Assembly (NCBI GenBank): GCA_965153355.1 | Contig: OZ231126.1 | Span: forward strand, 1,426,001 to 1,490,000 | Length of the DNA: 64,000 nucleotides | Source: Flaccisagitta enflata | Taxonomy: Eukaryota | Reading direction: 5' to 3' | Shown: positions 1 through 12,690 of the stretch, piece by piece | How the letters are laid out: every line of letters begins with the position of its first letter | Numbering within the stretch: the first letter of the stretch is position 1 | The notes under the pieces: model-generated | Told to the model about the DNA's origin: nothing | Database searches by the model: none | Seen by the model: the letters and a program-made list of their open reading frames with translations, nothing else | Position numbers and translations under genes: made by a program

Positions 1-3000
1 TCCTTGCCGAAGAAAACGTCAAGATCGCTTGCTTGCAAGAAACCAAACTTCGCCCGTCCACTGTCTCCAACTTCAAAAACTTTGCGTTTGTTCGCCGCGA
101 CCGTCCAACCGGTGGCGGTGGCGGCGTTGGCATTCTCATTCATCACGACATCGAATTCTCCCCAATCGACGTCTCAGCCATCGAAAACGTCGACAACGTC
201 GTCGAAATCATCGCCGTCAAAATTCATCTACGCAATCACCCACTCAACATCTACTGCGTCTATCTCCCACCTGCCTCCTCTTGCCCTCAGGGCTACACCC
301 CTGACTTCGATGCAATCCTCGACCACGCCGACGGCGACGCCCTCTTCTTGGGCGACTTTAATGCCCACCACGCTAGCTGGTCATCCCTTGACGACATCCG
401 CGGTCAACGCCTCGTTGACGCCATTGACTCCTCTAGCTTCCTCATCCTCAACGACGATGACTCAACACGCCTCCCTTCTTCCGGCCAACCCTCCTCACCC
501 GACATCTCCGTCGCCTCCGCCCACATCTCCAGCGCCTTCTCCTGGTCCGTTCCTTCCATCTTCAACGGCTCCTTCTCCTCACGCCCTCTCAACTCCGACC
601 ACCTCCCCATCCTCCTCGCCTTCACCGACCCGTCACTCCATCAAGACATTCCTAGCGTCCGCACACGTAAATCTTATGTCAACTTCCGTCTCGCCAACTG
701 GTCCGGCTTCAAAAGAGATCTTGAAGAGGCGATTCCTTCCACCGCCCCTTCCTCCAGCTCCGTGGGTGAGAAAGTGCTTCGTGACGCTGTGTTATTGGCC
801 GCCCGTAGAAATATCCCAGCGGGATATAGACGAGACTTCGTCCCTAACCTACCGCCGGCAGCAGCCGATGCCAGACAACGCCGTGATGATTTACGCGCTT
901 CTAACCCGCACGATCCGCGAATCAACCTCCTGGATCGTGAAGTCCGCGAGGAAAGCGATAAGGCTCGCCGGGAAAGGTTTCAAAAGGAATTGGACTCAGC
1001 TGACCTTCAAAACAACCCGTCGAAATTCGCCGACATCGTCCGTCGCATTTCCGGAAAACGAATTTATCGCCCTCCCAATCAACCCATCAAATTCAAGAAC
1101 AAAATCTACACAAAACGACGTTCTATCGCAAACAGCTTTAACAAACAATACACATCTGTCGTTCAACACAAATCCGATCCCTTCGCCCGCAAAGTCCTCC
1201 GGAAGATTCGCAAACGGAAACTGGATCCGTCTTACTCGCCAATCACCGATGACGACGTTGTCGCTGCCATCAAACGCGCTAAAAACTCATCAGCCACAGG
1301 CCCTGACAATATTACGATGCTTCATCTCAAAAACTTCGGGAAGAAGGCAATTTCTTATCTCACGAAGATTTTTAATTTGTCGGTGCAGCGGGCTGAACTA
1401 CCAGCCATGTGGAAGAAGGCCGTCATCCTGCCGGTGCCTAAACCGGGGAAACCAGCTGATGAGTCACTCTCATATCGCCCTATCTCACTCCTTGCGCCGG
1501 CATCAAAGATCCTCGAAAGATGCTTATTGCCTTACTTCAACGCTTCTCTCAAACTGGCACCTTCGCAACACGGCTTCCGCGCTAATCATTCAACCATCAC
1601 TGCCCTCCAACCTCTCGTCAACCGCATCTCCACCGGCTTCAACGAGAAGAAACCACCTCAGCGCACAGCCACCGTCGCCATTGACATCAGCAAAGCGTTC
1701 GAACGCGTCGACCACCCGCTTCTCCTCGACGCCATCGCCTCAACTGACATCCATCCGAATCTCCTTCATTGGTCAGCAACATTTCTTCGCGGTCGGCAAT
1801 CATGCGTAACGTGGCAGGGCGCGACGTCGGGGTGGCGCATCTGCCGCACTGGCGTCCCCCAGGGATCTGTCCTGGGCCCTGTCTTCTTTAGCTTCTTCGT
1901 CTCGGACTGCCCCGTCGAGCAACCGTCATTTGCAGACGACTTCACTTTCAGTCGGACTGGAGTAAATCTGAATGACCTTGAACGCACGTTGCAGAACGAT
2001 ATTGATCAAGTATGCGCATGGGCCACCTCCAAGAAACTAGTTATCGCTCCTTCTAAGTGTACAATAACCTACTTTACTCCGGACAAGGCACGTGAATCTA
2101 ATACGCACCCCCAAGTCCTGATCGACAATCAGCCTATCCCCCTCGCCAAAAACCCTCGAATCCTCGGAGTCCACTTTGATCCTCATTTCCACTTCCACGT
2201 CCACGCCAAGGAGGTGGCAAGGAAAGGCCGCCAGAAACTCAAAATTCTACGCTCAATCGCCGGTTCCACGTGGGGCTGTTCCAAAGAAACACTAGTCAGC
2301 ACCTACAAGACCTACATCGCCACCGGCCTCAACTATGCTGCTCCTGTCTGGTCCAATAACGCCTCTGATTCCGCCATCAATGAAATACAAAAGGTACAAA
2401 GCGCTGCTCTAAGAATCTGCACCGGTTGTCATGCGTCTACACCTATCAACGAGCTCCACATGGAAGCGCAACGCGTCCTCCCTATCGACGATCATCTCAA
2501 CCTCCTATCTAGTCAGCACCTAGTCAGCGCCCTTCGCCCTGGCCACCCGTCGCATGCCGTTGTCACGGCACCATCTGGTCCTCGCAAAATGAAAAAGACG
2601 CTTGCTTCCAAACACTTACCTTCGGTTGAATCCCACCTCACTGACGGCAAAACCGACATCGCGCTTTACAAGTCAATCATTGGTAAGATCCACACCGAAG
2701 TTGTTGCTAACACGATTCAAACCATCAACCACAGCCGCGTCCTCGACGGTCCTCGTCCCGACATCTCTGCTTCCGAGTTAAGCCTCTCCCGCGCTGATCG
2801 CACCACTTTAGCCCAACTCAGAACTGGTGACTGTCATCTCCTCAACAACTACCTTGTCAAGACAGGTCGCTCCAATGACGCCGCTTGCCCTGAATGCCGA
2901 TTCCGCCGCCACACCGTAAACCATCTATTCTCTTGTGATGCCACCCCTACGAATCTAACCACTCGATCCTTATGGGAGGATCCAGTCGCCGCAATCTCCT

Positions 3001-3136
3001 TCCTTAAATCTCTTCCATCTTTCTCTCGCCTGGTCTCGACGAATCCCCCTCCCCCCCGGCCCCCGCCGGAACCTCCTCCCTAGTGGCCTTCTACGGTTCA
3101 TCTGAACCCTGGGGAAACAACAACAACAACAACAAC
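1..3136 (+). mobile_element. LINE 3' portion with short 3' UTR, small stem-loop and (AAC)7 tail
   Basis: Stop TAG at 3081-3083; GGTTC-ATCT-GAACC hairpin at 3095-3108; (AAC)7 at 3116-3136. Confidence 0.93.
3..3083 (+). CDS. Non-LTR retrotransposon (LINE) ORF2: APE endonuclease + reverse transcriptase + C-terminal CCHC; 5' end lies outside the window
   Basis: Frame is open from base 3 (LAEENVKIACLQETKL), so the track start at 33 is not the real start. APE motifs LQET, GGGVGILI, GDFNAHH, SDHLPI; RT motifs YRPISLL, QHGFR, IDISKAF, GVPQGSVLGP, FADD, RILGVHFD; C-terminal LAQLRTG...CPECRFRRHTVNHLFSC. No stop or frameshift; no RNase H recognised. Clade not determinable by eye (I/Jockey-group-like). 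Confidence 0.97.
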   Translation, partial: LAEENVKIACLQETKLRPSTVSNFKNFAFVRRDRPTGGGGGVGILIHHDIEFSPIDVSAIENVDNVVEIIAVKIHLRNHPLNIYCVYLPPASSCPQGYTPDFDAILDHADGDALFLGDFNAHHASWSSLDDIRGQRLVDAIDSSSFLILNDDDSTRLPSSGQPSSPDISVASAHISSAFSWSVPSIFNGSFSSRPLNSDHLPILLAFTDPSLHQDIPSVRTRKSYVNFRLANWSGFKRDLEEAIPSTAPSSSSVGEKVLRDAVLLAARRNIPAGYRRDFVPNLPPAAADARQRRDDLRASNPHDPRINLLDREVREESDKARRERFQKELDSADLQNNPSKFADIVRRISGKRIYRPPNQPIKFKNKIYTKRRSIANSFNKQYTSVVQHKSDPFARKVLRKIRKRKLDPSYSPITDDDVVAAIKRAKNSSATGPDNITMLHLKNFGKKAISYLTKIFNLSVQRAELPAMWKKAVILPVPKPGKPADESLSYRPISLLAPASKILERCLLPYFNASLKLAPSQHGFRANHSTITALQPLVNRISTGFNEKKPPQRTATVAIDISKAFERVDHPLLLDAIASTDIHPNLLHWSATFLRGRQSCVTWQGATSGWRICRTGVPQGSVLGPVFFSFFVSDCPVEQPSFADDFTFSRTGVNLNDLERTLQNDIDQVCAWATSKKLVIAPSKCTITYFTPDKARESNTHPQVLIDNQPIPLAKNPRILGVHFDPHFHFHVHAKEVARKGRQKLKILRSIAGSTWGCSKETLVSTYKTYIATGLNYAAPVWSNNASDSAINEIQKVQSAALRICTGCHASTPINELHMEAQRVLPIDDHLNLLSSQHLVSALRPGHPSHAVVTAPSGPRKMKKTLASKHLPSVESHLTDGKTDIALYKSIIGKIHTEVVANTIQTINHSRVLDGPRPDISASELSLSRADRTTLAQLRTGDCHLLNNYLVKTGRSNDAACPECRFRRHTVNHLFSCDATPTNLTTRSLWEDPVAAISFLKSLPSFSRLVSTNPPPPRPPPEPPP

Positions 3137-3155
3137 TGGCTTCCAAGGCCAGCCT

Positions 3156-4360
3156 CACTGTGTAGCTGTTTTGGGTGGTTTTAGGTGGTTGAGGTGGCCT
3201 GGGTGAAATATGCTTCGTCGTTGCTCGATAACTACCACTGTGTAGCTGTTTTGGGTGGTTTTAGGTGGTTGAGGTGGCCTGGGTGAAATATGCTTCGTCG
3301 TTGCTCGATAACTACCACTGTGTAGCTGTTTTGGGTGGTTTTAGGTGGTTGAGGTGGCCTGGGTGAAATATGCTTCGTCGTTGCTCGATAACTACCACTG
3401 TGTAGCTGTTTTGGGTGGTTTTAGGTGGTTGAGGTGGCCTGGGTGAAATATGCTTCGTCGTTGCTCGATAACTACCACTGTGTAGCTGTTTTGGGTGGTT
3501 TTAGGTGGTTGAGGTGGCCTGGGTGAAATATGCTTCGTCGTTGCTCGATAACTACCACTGTGTAGCTGTTTTGGGTGGTTTTAGGTGGTTGAGGTGGCCT
3601 GGGTGAAATATGCTTCGTCGTTGCTCGATAACTACCACTGTGTAGCTGTTTTGGGTGGTTTTAGGTGGTTGAGGTGGCCTGGGTGAAATATGCTTCGTCG
3701 TTGCTCGATAACTACCACTGTGTAGCTGTTTTGGGTGGTTTTAGGTGGTTGAGGTGGCCTGGGTGAAATATGCTTCGTCGTTGCTCGATAACTACCACTG
3801 TGTAACTGTTTTGGGTGGTTTTAGGTGGTTGAGTGGCCTGGGTGAAATATGCTTGTCGTTGCTCGATAACTACCACTGTGTAGCTGTTTTGGGTGGTTTT
3901 AGGTGGTTGAGGTGGCCTGGGTGAAATATGCTTCGTCGTTGCTCGATAACTACCACTGTGTAGCTGATTTGGGTGGTTTTAGGTGGTTGAGGTGGCCTGG
4001 GTGAAATATGCTTCGTCGTTGCTCGATAACTACCACTGTGTAGCTGTTTTGGGTGGTTTTAGGTGGTTGAGGTGGCCTGGGTGAAATATGCTTCGTCGTT
4101 GCTCGATAACTACCACTGTGTAGCTGTTTTGGGTGGTTTTAGGTGGTTGAGGTGGCCTGGGTGAAATATGCTTCGTCGTTGCTCGATAACTTCCACTGTG
4201 TAGCTGTTTTGGGTGGTTTTAGGTGGTTGAGGTGGCCTGGGTGAAATATGCTTCGTCGTTGCTCGATAACTACCACTGTGTAGCTGATTTGGGTGGTTTT
4301 AGGTGGTTGAGGTGGCCTGGGTGAAATATGCTTCGTCGTTGCTCGATAACTACCACTGTG
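3156..4360 (+). repeat. 80-bp satellite array 1, 15 near-identical units, G/T-rich on +
   Basis: Unit CACTGTGTAGCTGTTTTGGGTGGTTTTAGGTGGTTGAGGTGGCCTGGGTGAAATATGCTTCGTCGTTGCTCGATAACTAC; period 80 (3156, 3236, ...). Confidence 0.98.
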
Positions 4361-4526
4361 CACGGCTACCCCAGTTGCCTGCGGGTGGGTAGGGACAGTG
4401 CTGGAGAAGGTCACTTTAGTATTTGAGCTGGAGCTCAAAAACGCCGAAAAAATAAAAAGAGGACCAACCAACCAACCGACGGACCGACATAGCGGGGTGT
4501 AGAGTCGCGTAGCATGCGACTAAAAA
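4361..4526 (-). mobile_element. HINE/DINE-1-like element family A, truncated in its 3' hairpin by the satellite
   Basis: Minus strand starts TTTTAGTCGCATGCTACGCGACTCTAC followed by a GTYG microsatellite. The paralog at ~51887-52080 keeps the AACAAGGCCGGATA end that is missing here. Confidence 0.8.
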
Positions 4527-4774
4527 AGCCACATTTGCTCAATCAAAGCGTCAACTTTCTAATAAGAAAACCATGTTTCTCACAATTACGTTAAAAATTC
4601 AAAGATTGACTTTGACTTTTTTTCCCCGATAATATGCATGATACAAGTAAACGAAGGGGTGGACATAAAAAACCTCTGAACTGCTTCATTTCAGCTAAAA
4701 TCTCTGAGCTGCTTCCTTACATCCACGAGCCACTGGTCTGTTATCAACCTATATATTGCTGATTCATGAGGATA

Positions 4775-5530
4775 CCCTGTCTTCAAAAGCAACTGTAACC
4801 AGCAAAAGATGTATTATGCCATAACTATTCCCATCACAAAATTCGGATTTTTTCTGTCTTAAAGCATATCAACTGCCATTTCTTCATGCAAAATTTCAGC
4901 GCTTTTTGTCAAGTGGTTTAGCTTCTGCACCATTTTAAAGTAGAACATCACTCATGGCGATACAGCTTTCCATTTCAGACTCAAATGGGGGCGTTTGACT
5001 TCAAACCTATGTAACTTTTAAACGCTTTGAGCTAAAACTCTGGGATTGGTCTCAAATTGAAGGAGACAATATCATGTTTTAAAAAAAACCACATTGTGAT
5101 GTATTTCTTAAGTTTTTATTAAGTTTTTCCCTGATTTTTCATATTTCAACAATATTTCATACTAGAAAAATTATCTTTTTTTGATTGAAACATTCTATGA
5201 TTATGCATAATATGAAAGAAAATCATATTGGTAATAAAGATGATTTAGTATGGGATCAATACAGATACTCAAAATCAATTTTTTGGCTATTTGAACCAGG
5301 TTGAATAAATTAACTTTTTTTATTCTATATGGAAATTGCAATATTTTCAGTAAAATTGGGCACTTTTTAAAATTATGTAGAAGCTAAACCACTTGACAAA
5401 AAGTGCTGAAATTTTGCATGAAGAAATGGCAGTTGATATGTTTTAAGACAGAAAAAATCAGAATTTTGTGATGGGAATAGTTATGGCATAATACATCTTT
5501 TGCTGGTTACAGTTGCTTTTGAAGACAGGG
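4775..5530. mobile_element. Tc1/mariner-type MITE, ~150-bp TIRs, TA TSD
   Basis: CCCTGTCTTCAAAAGCAACTG...CAGTTGCTTTTGAAGACAGGG flanked by TA; empty site GGATACTATTAGG in copy B (~53053). Confidence 0.92.
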
Positions 5531-6112
5531 TACTATTAGGACGGTTCATGATCTGAGGAGGGTCTTGGGCATACGACTAATAGATGTAATGGTTTACATC
5601 ATTTCTCAGTCGCGATATTCATATTTGTCATTCAGTTGTGTCGTATGGAAGAACGGGAAGTGGAGTCTTCTCTAAGCTCAATGAGGTAAGTCATGGTCAT
5701 GCCATATCATGCCAAACTATGTCACACCAAACCATGTCATGCAAAAGCATGTCATGTCATGTCATAACATATCATTTCATGTGATGTCATATCATATCAT
5801 GACAACTTTCAATGTTGGTTCTATCTACTTTGCGCTGATGACCAATAGACCAATTGTAGTATCTCTGATTGACAATCAGCAGCAGCGCGGCGATGGCTGC
5901 TCAACAGCTTTTTATGTCTTCATTCTGCACTGTTTGCGTGAGAGTGATTTCGTCATGACAACTGCATAGATATTTGTACTTTACAGTTTGATGCAGATGG
6001 ATGTCTTCAATGAAGACTCTTCATGACAACTTGTAATACTTTCTTTCCTCGTCAATAGTTCGCCGCAAAGTGATGTCCTCACGACTTGCAACTATGGCGC
6101 GACATTCAACGG

Positions 6113-6325
6113 CAAACAGTGCTACAGATTCGACTCAAGAGGTATGTTCATTTGTAGCGCTACATTTAACGCCAAACAGTGCTGCAGATTCGACTCAAGA
6201 GGTATGTTCATTCGTAGCGCTACATTTAACGCCAAACAGTGCTACAGATTCAACTCAAGAGGTGTGTTTATTAATAGCGTTACGTTTAATGCTAAACTGT
6301 GCTACAGATTCAACTAGAAAGGTAA
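6113..6325 (+). repeat. 60-bp minisatellite (~3.5 units); also at ~53647-53860
   Basis: AAACAGTGCTACAGATTCGACTCAAGAGGTATGTT... recurs every 60 bp. Confidence 0.9.
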
Positions 6326-6874
6326 TCAAACAATGCAAGTAATTGCAGGTAGTGCTGTTAGTGTAAAGTGCAACAAACATCTGCTAAGGATGTAGGTATT
6401 TTTGAAATGACATATTTTTCCATTTTCTTCCTTTTCCTCCTCTAAAACCTGCTATGTCGGTTGGTTGGTTGGTCTGTCCTGTAGTCACAAGTTGCTTTGA
6501 GGTGTTTATGGTTGAATTTAAACCATTGCCCCTGCTCAAATGATCGGTTAGCCATATCCATCACTGCCCCTGCCCACTTGCATGCGGCTAGGGCAACCCT
6601 AGATCCGGCCCTGTTTAACCTACTCCACCGCTGCTTTTGAATTCTAACCTGCCCTATTCCCTACTTTCTCTGACATTCCTACATGACCAAACTCCTTCAC
6701 TTACACCATGACTGTTTCTTTCCTCTTTTCTTATATATGATCTTACACAGAAGAGAATGATCAAAGTATGACTCCTCCTCCTCCTCCTCCTTCTGCTGGT
6801 CGTGGAGTGGTCCACGGTCTCTACGGCATCACCGACATCGGCAGAAGCATCGCCCACAACAGAAAGGAAAACAC

Positions 6875-7136
6875 TTTTGAACTTACCTCCGGAAGAAAAC
6901 CCGTCTTCTCACATCTTTTCAAAAGCCTGACTGTTTCAGAGGAGGTTAGTAAGATAATTTTGAATTTACCTCCAGAAGAAAGCCCTTCTTTTCACATCTT
7001 TTCAAAAGCCTGAATGTTTTAGAGGAGGTTAGTAAAACAATTTTGAATTTACCTCCGGAAGAAAACCCGTCTTTTCACATCTCTTCAAAAGCCTAGCTGT
7101 TTCAGAGGAGGTTAGTAAAATAATTTTGAACTTACC
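6875..7136 (+). repeat. 83-bp minisatellite, 3 units here and 2 in copy B
   Basis: TTTTGAAYTTACC at 6875, 6958, 7041, 7124. Confidence 0.9.
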
Positions 7137-7762
7137 ATCTTGGCCATAAAGCTATAAAGATCAAGACAGTAGGTGTAAATTTGTTGATCAGAGGTGAGCA
7201 ACAGGTGATATCATCAACTGTTTTCTAATCTCCCAATCTATACCCACCTACATTCACAACTCCCGTGTTTGCTCGCACCGCTCGCTTACTCCGTTCACGG
7301 GCTTGCACTCACTTCGCTCACTGCCTCGTGGATTGGTTGAAATTTATGAACATGTGATTACGCTTTTAACTCCTTTAATGGAAATGATGGCAGGTGTCGT
7401 CGTCACTGTAAACACATCCTCTGTTTTCCCCCCCCCCCATTTCTTCCGCAGTCTTCCAGTTGTGGATTCAATCGACGCTTCAACGCGATGACAATCATGG
7501 CAGAAAATGCCAATTACAGCTGCAGCAGTCCAGGCGGAAGCACCGGCGAGGCTGCTGCGGCTGCTGCTGCTGCGGGTGCTGCAACAGGAGGAGGAGCAGC
7601 ATCTTCAGAAAAGGGGCCGGAAGGCCGCAGAGATGGGGGCGAATATGTGACCCTGGCTAGAGAGGAGGAAGTGACTTTATATGGAAGAAGAATAGAAAAA
7701 ATGATGAGAAGATTCATACTCATGAATGGAGCCTCGGAAGACAAGGACAGAGGTGAGAGGAA

Positions 7763-9077
<1,315 letters not shown>

Positions 9078-9210
9078 ATTACCCAAGCGCCCAAAAGCGC
9101 AATAACATCCTCTGCCATCGTCAATGGAACTGCAAGTTCAAAGATCAGTCTTTCTTTCAAGACAATTTAGAACCATGGAAGAATCTCGTCTCCTTCTTCC
9201 GGGTTCTTCC

Positions 9211-9257
<47 letters not shown>

Positions 9258-9356
9258 TTCCTCCTCCTCTTTATCATCCTTTCTCTATTTTTCCTTTCTT
9301 CGGTCCGACGTCTTCTTTGCTTTAACAATGGAGGTGGATGAGACCAAAAAGAGACC

Positions 9357-9460
<104 letters not shown>

Positions 9461-9993
9461 ACGAGACTGAAAAGGGACCACTTAAAGCAGTCTGGTAAAT
9501 AGGGAGCGCAATCATGATGGGACACCCCGCCAGGCACTGTGAGCCTGAGATAAATGAAATGTTAGACCACTTGTCTATCCTGTTATTATAAGGAATATCA
9601 TAAATGCACCAAATTTACTTGTTCATCTCCGTTTGAAAGAGGAACACTTACATTCGTATCATCTAGATCAAAAGAATGAGAATTAAATGATATTTCAATG
9701 CATGAAACGCATGGTTTTTGTTTGCTTAGCGAACGAAAATCCTGACAAAAATGCAACTACATTCAAGATTTAAAATTGGATCTCAAAGAAAAAAAAATAG
9801 GTAACTATGCTTTTTTATGATGATTATGATTATGACTCCATAATTTCAACTAAATCTCATTTTGTAGATATACTTTTGATTTTGTTATTTGATTGATATC
9901 TATTTAAGACGGCGTTCTTCCGAAGGCAACATTTGTGTTTCAACGGGAGCCAAAGTCAAAAGTTAAAGATGATTGAAATTGAATGATTAAACT

Positions 9994-10811
9994 TAGTGTT
10001 CGCACGAGCAGGCAATTTGCTAGCAGAGCTGCTAGCAGAAATTTGCAACTGCTCTGCTAGCAGTGAGTTTTCAGCTGCTAGCAGTAAGTAGCAGTGAAAA
10101 TTTTTATTTTTTACCAAATTTACTATAAAAATCTGATTTGAGCATCTGAACATATCTTTTTTTTCTATTGTCAATATAAAATCTTCATTTGGATGTTTCA
10201 ACCATATATTTTTTTGTAAAAATGGGGCATTCAGAATGATAACGTGTCAATCCTTCCAATTGCATTGACTTTGAACTACAAGGATACAGTCAATATTGAG
10301 GAAACATTCTCCTTGTTTTGATAAATTGGAGATACTTATTGGAATCTGACTCATACTCTATGCTTTGAAGTTGCCTCTAAAAACATTTTTCAGCAATATC
10401 AACTATGACATTTAACTTCATTGTCAGCAGAACTTGATTGGTGCAGCTGGACTGTTTATGGCAATGATTGCAGATGAAGCAATTGATATAATTGATACAA
10501 TTGATACACTTGATACACTTGATACAATTGATCATCAACGATCTGTCCAAGAAGATCTGTATCTATGCTTTCTCCATTATAATTCAAGGAAAACCAACTG
10601 GTCTTTTGTTGAACCATTTTCCTGTAAATGGGTATAAAGCTTCCCAAACCTTGTCTCTTTATTTTTTTAAAAATTTTGGATGACAGAAACCTAGTGGTTA
10701 TTTCATTTATAGTAGTTCTGCACTGCTCTTTACTGCTAGCAGTGCTAGCAGAAAAATTTATTTCCTGCTTTCTGCTAACAGAAAAATAATCCACTGCTTT
10801 TGCGAACACTA
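9994..10811. mobile_element. hAT-like MITE
   Basis: TIR TAGTGTTCGCA...TGCGAACACTA (11 bp perfect, ~19 bp imperfect); repeated subterminal TGCTAGCAG motifs at both ends; no clean 8-bp TSD. Confidence 0.65.
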
Positions 10812-10888
10812 AATTTTAAACTAAAATAATCATTGAGATATATCATAATTGATATTTTTTTGCATTACTTGCATTCAAGCATGGAATA

Positions 10889-11799
10889 ACTATGGCAAAA
10901 TAAAAAAAGACAGTAATTTTCAAAATGATATTGTGAGCTCATTTTTTACAGAAAGTTCATAACTTTTTAGACTATGATAGTTTGTCAAATTTGCTACCTG
11001 GTAAAAAAATCAGATCTTAAAGTTGATTTTTGCACCCATAGCATTGAGTTTTGCAAAATTTGTCAATTGAACCATCGCCGAATAAGTTTCAGTTTATATC
11101 CAACTTTGAAAATTAACTCTGAGCTCAACTTTTAAAGCGAGATCAATATTTCTGACACAGCAAAAAAATCAGAATTCAAAAAAGTGTATTTTTGCACCTT
11201 CTACATCAATTTTTGTAAAATCAGTCAAAACGAGATATCAATACTAGAATTTTTATTAGAAGTGTATTCACAAGAATTGATGACTTTTTTGAGTTCCGAT
11301 TTTTTTGCTGTGTCAAAAACTTGTTATACTATCACCACCTAAAAAATATGTGAAGCTACTAAAAAAAATGAACATTTGAAATCATTTCTAGACAAATTTT
11401 TTTTTCATTTTTACTATCCAACTTTACCCAATCTTATAAAAATTGATGTTGCAATTACAAAAATAAACTTTTTTGAGTTCTGATTTTTTCACTGTGTCAG
11501 AAATTTGACATGCTATCATCATCTAAAAAATTTTGATCTTGCTCCAAATATTGAGCTCACAATTAATTTTCAAAGTTAGATCTAAACTGAAACTGAAACC
11601 AACTTGGTGATTGTTCAATAGACAAATTTGGCAAAAATCAATGCTATGGGCGCAAAAATCAACTTTTTCAAGATCTGATTTTTTTGCTAAGTACCAAATT
11701 TAACAAACTATCTTGGTCTAGAAAATTATAAAGCTGCTCCAAAAAATGAGCTCAAAATATCATTTTGAAAATTACTGTCTTTTTTTATTTTGCCATAGT
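10889..11799. mobile_element. Long-TIR (foldback-like) MITE, TA TSD
   Basis: TA-ACTATGGCAAAATAAAAAAAGACAGTAATTTTCAAAATG...CATTTTGAAAATTACTGTCTTTTTTTATTTTGCCATAGT-TA; arms complementary for hundreds of bp; second copy at 24906-25850. Confidence 0.9.
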
Positions 11800-12690
11800 T
11801 AGAACCAAAAGTAGCACTAATTGATAAAGAAAATATAATGTAAATTATTGAAAATTTCATTTTTGGTAACTGACAAGGGGCCCGTTGAAATTCTAAGATT
11901 GCATAGAAAATGAAAAAATGAGAAAATAAAAGACTTAGTTCTCTTCCAAAACCAATCACGGAGAAGACTATGTTTTTGAAAATGCTAAATTTTCCTTCAT
12001 TTGAGAATTTTAGAATTTCAACAGCAAGAACAAACAGCAAAATGTATGCCAAATTTCATAAAAAACCTTGATTTACTTGCTTTTCTCATATGAATTCCAT
12101 ACTTGAAATCATATTTTTGGTCAGAATATGATAAAAATGTATAAACCAAGTGTCTTTAGAGACAATTTATCCTTTGAAAACATTCTTGTACCAATATTGT
12201 AAAGAAATTGATGCAAAAAGTATGGTGAAACACTTTAATTTCCTTCAAAAATTTGCCTTTATAAAACTTTTTTTATCGTAAATCTGAAATCTGCATGCAC
12301 TCATCCGCATACCGCAAGAGAAGAGGTTGCAATGTTCAAAAAAGGCTCTCCCAACCTAACTGCATCACTTTTCTCCGAAATGTTACAATGTCAGGTAAAA
12401 AGATCAGAGGCGTCATCACACAAAACTAAATACTTAAGTGAGCAGGAGGTTTGTGGACGTAGTATATCACTGAGCAGTAAGAATCCCAGATTGAATGAAA
12501 GCAAAAGGAGATAAGTGAGAGAGTTTTTTTATGGCTGAGTTTTTGGTAGTTACCGGGGCCGTCGGTTTTTATTGGGTGACGCCCATTGCATGGAAGTGGC
12601 TCAGTGCTTATATCCAGAAGACATTGACGCTGTTGAGTAGGTAGGGTGGTATGTGACTAATGCAGCGGTGTATCTGACAGGGCCGTCGGT

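Noticed and set aside
4..1809. 601-aa ORF overlapping the LINE ORF2 in another frame
   Set aside because: Ser/Pro/Thr-rich with no domain; an expected shadow of the C-rich codon usage of ORF2.
3156..4360. Regular repeat as a possible CRISPR array
   Set aside because: Units are head-to-tail with no unique spacers, there are no cas genes, and the context is eukaryotic.
9088..9135. Possible minus-strand micro-exon (cag|TTCCATTGAC...GCTTGG|gtaatg)
   Set aside because: Short, no recognisable motif, and does not match the expected C16orf89 blocks.
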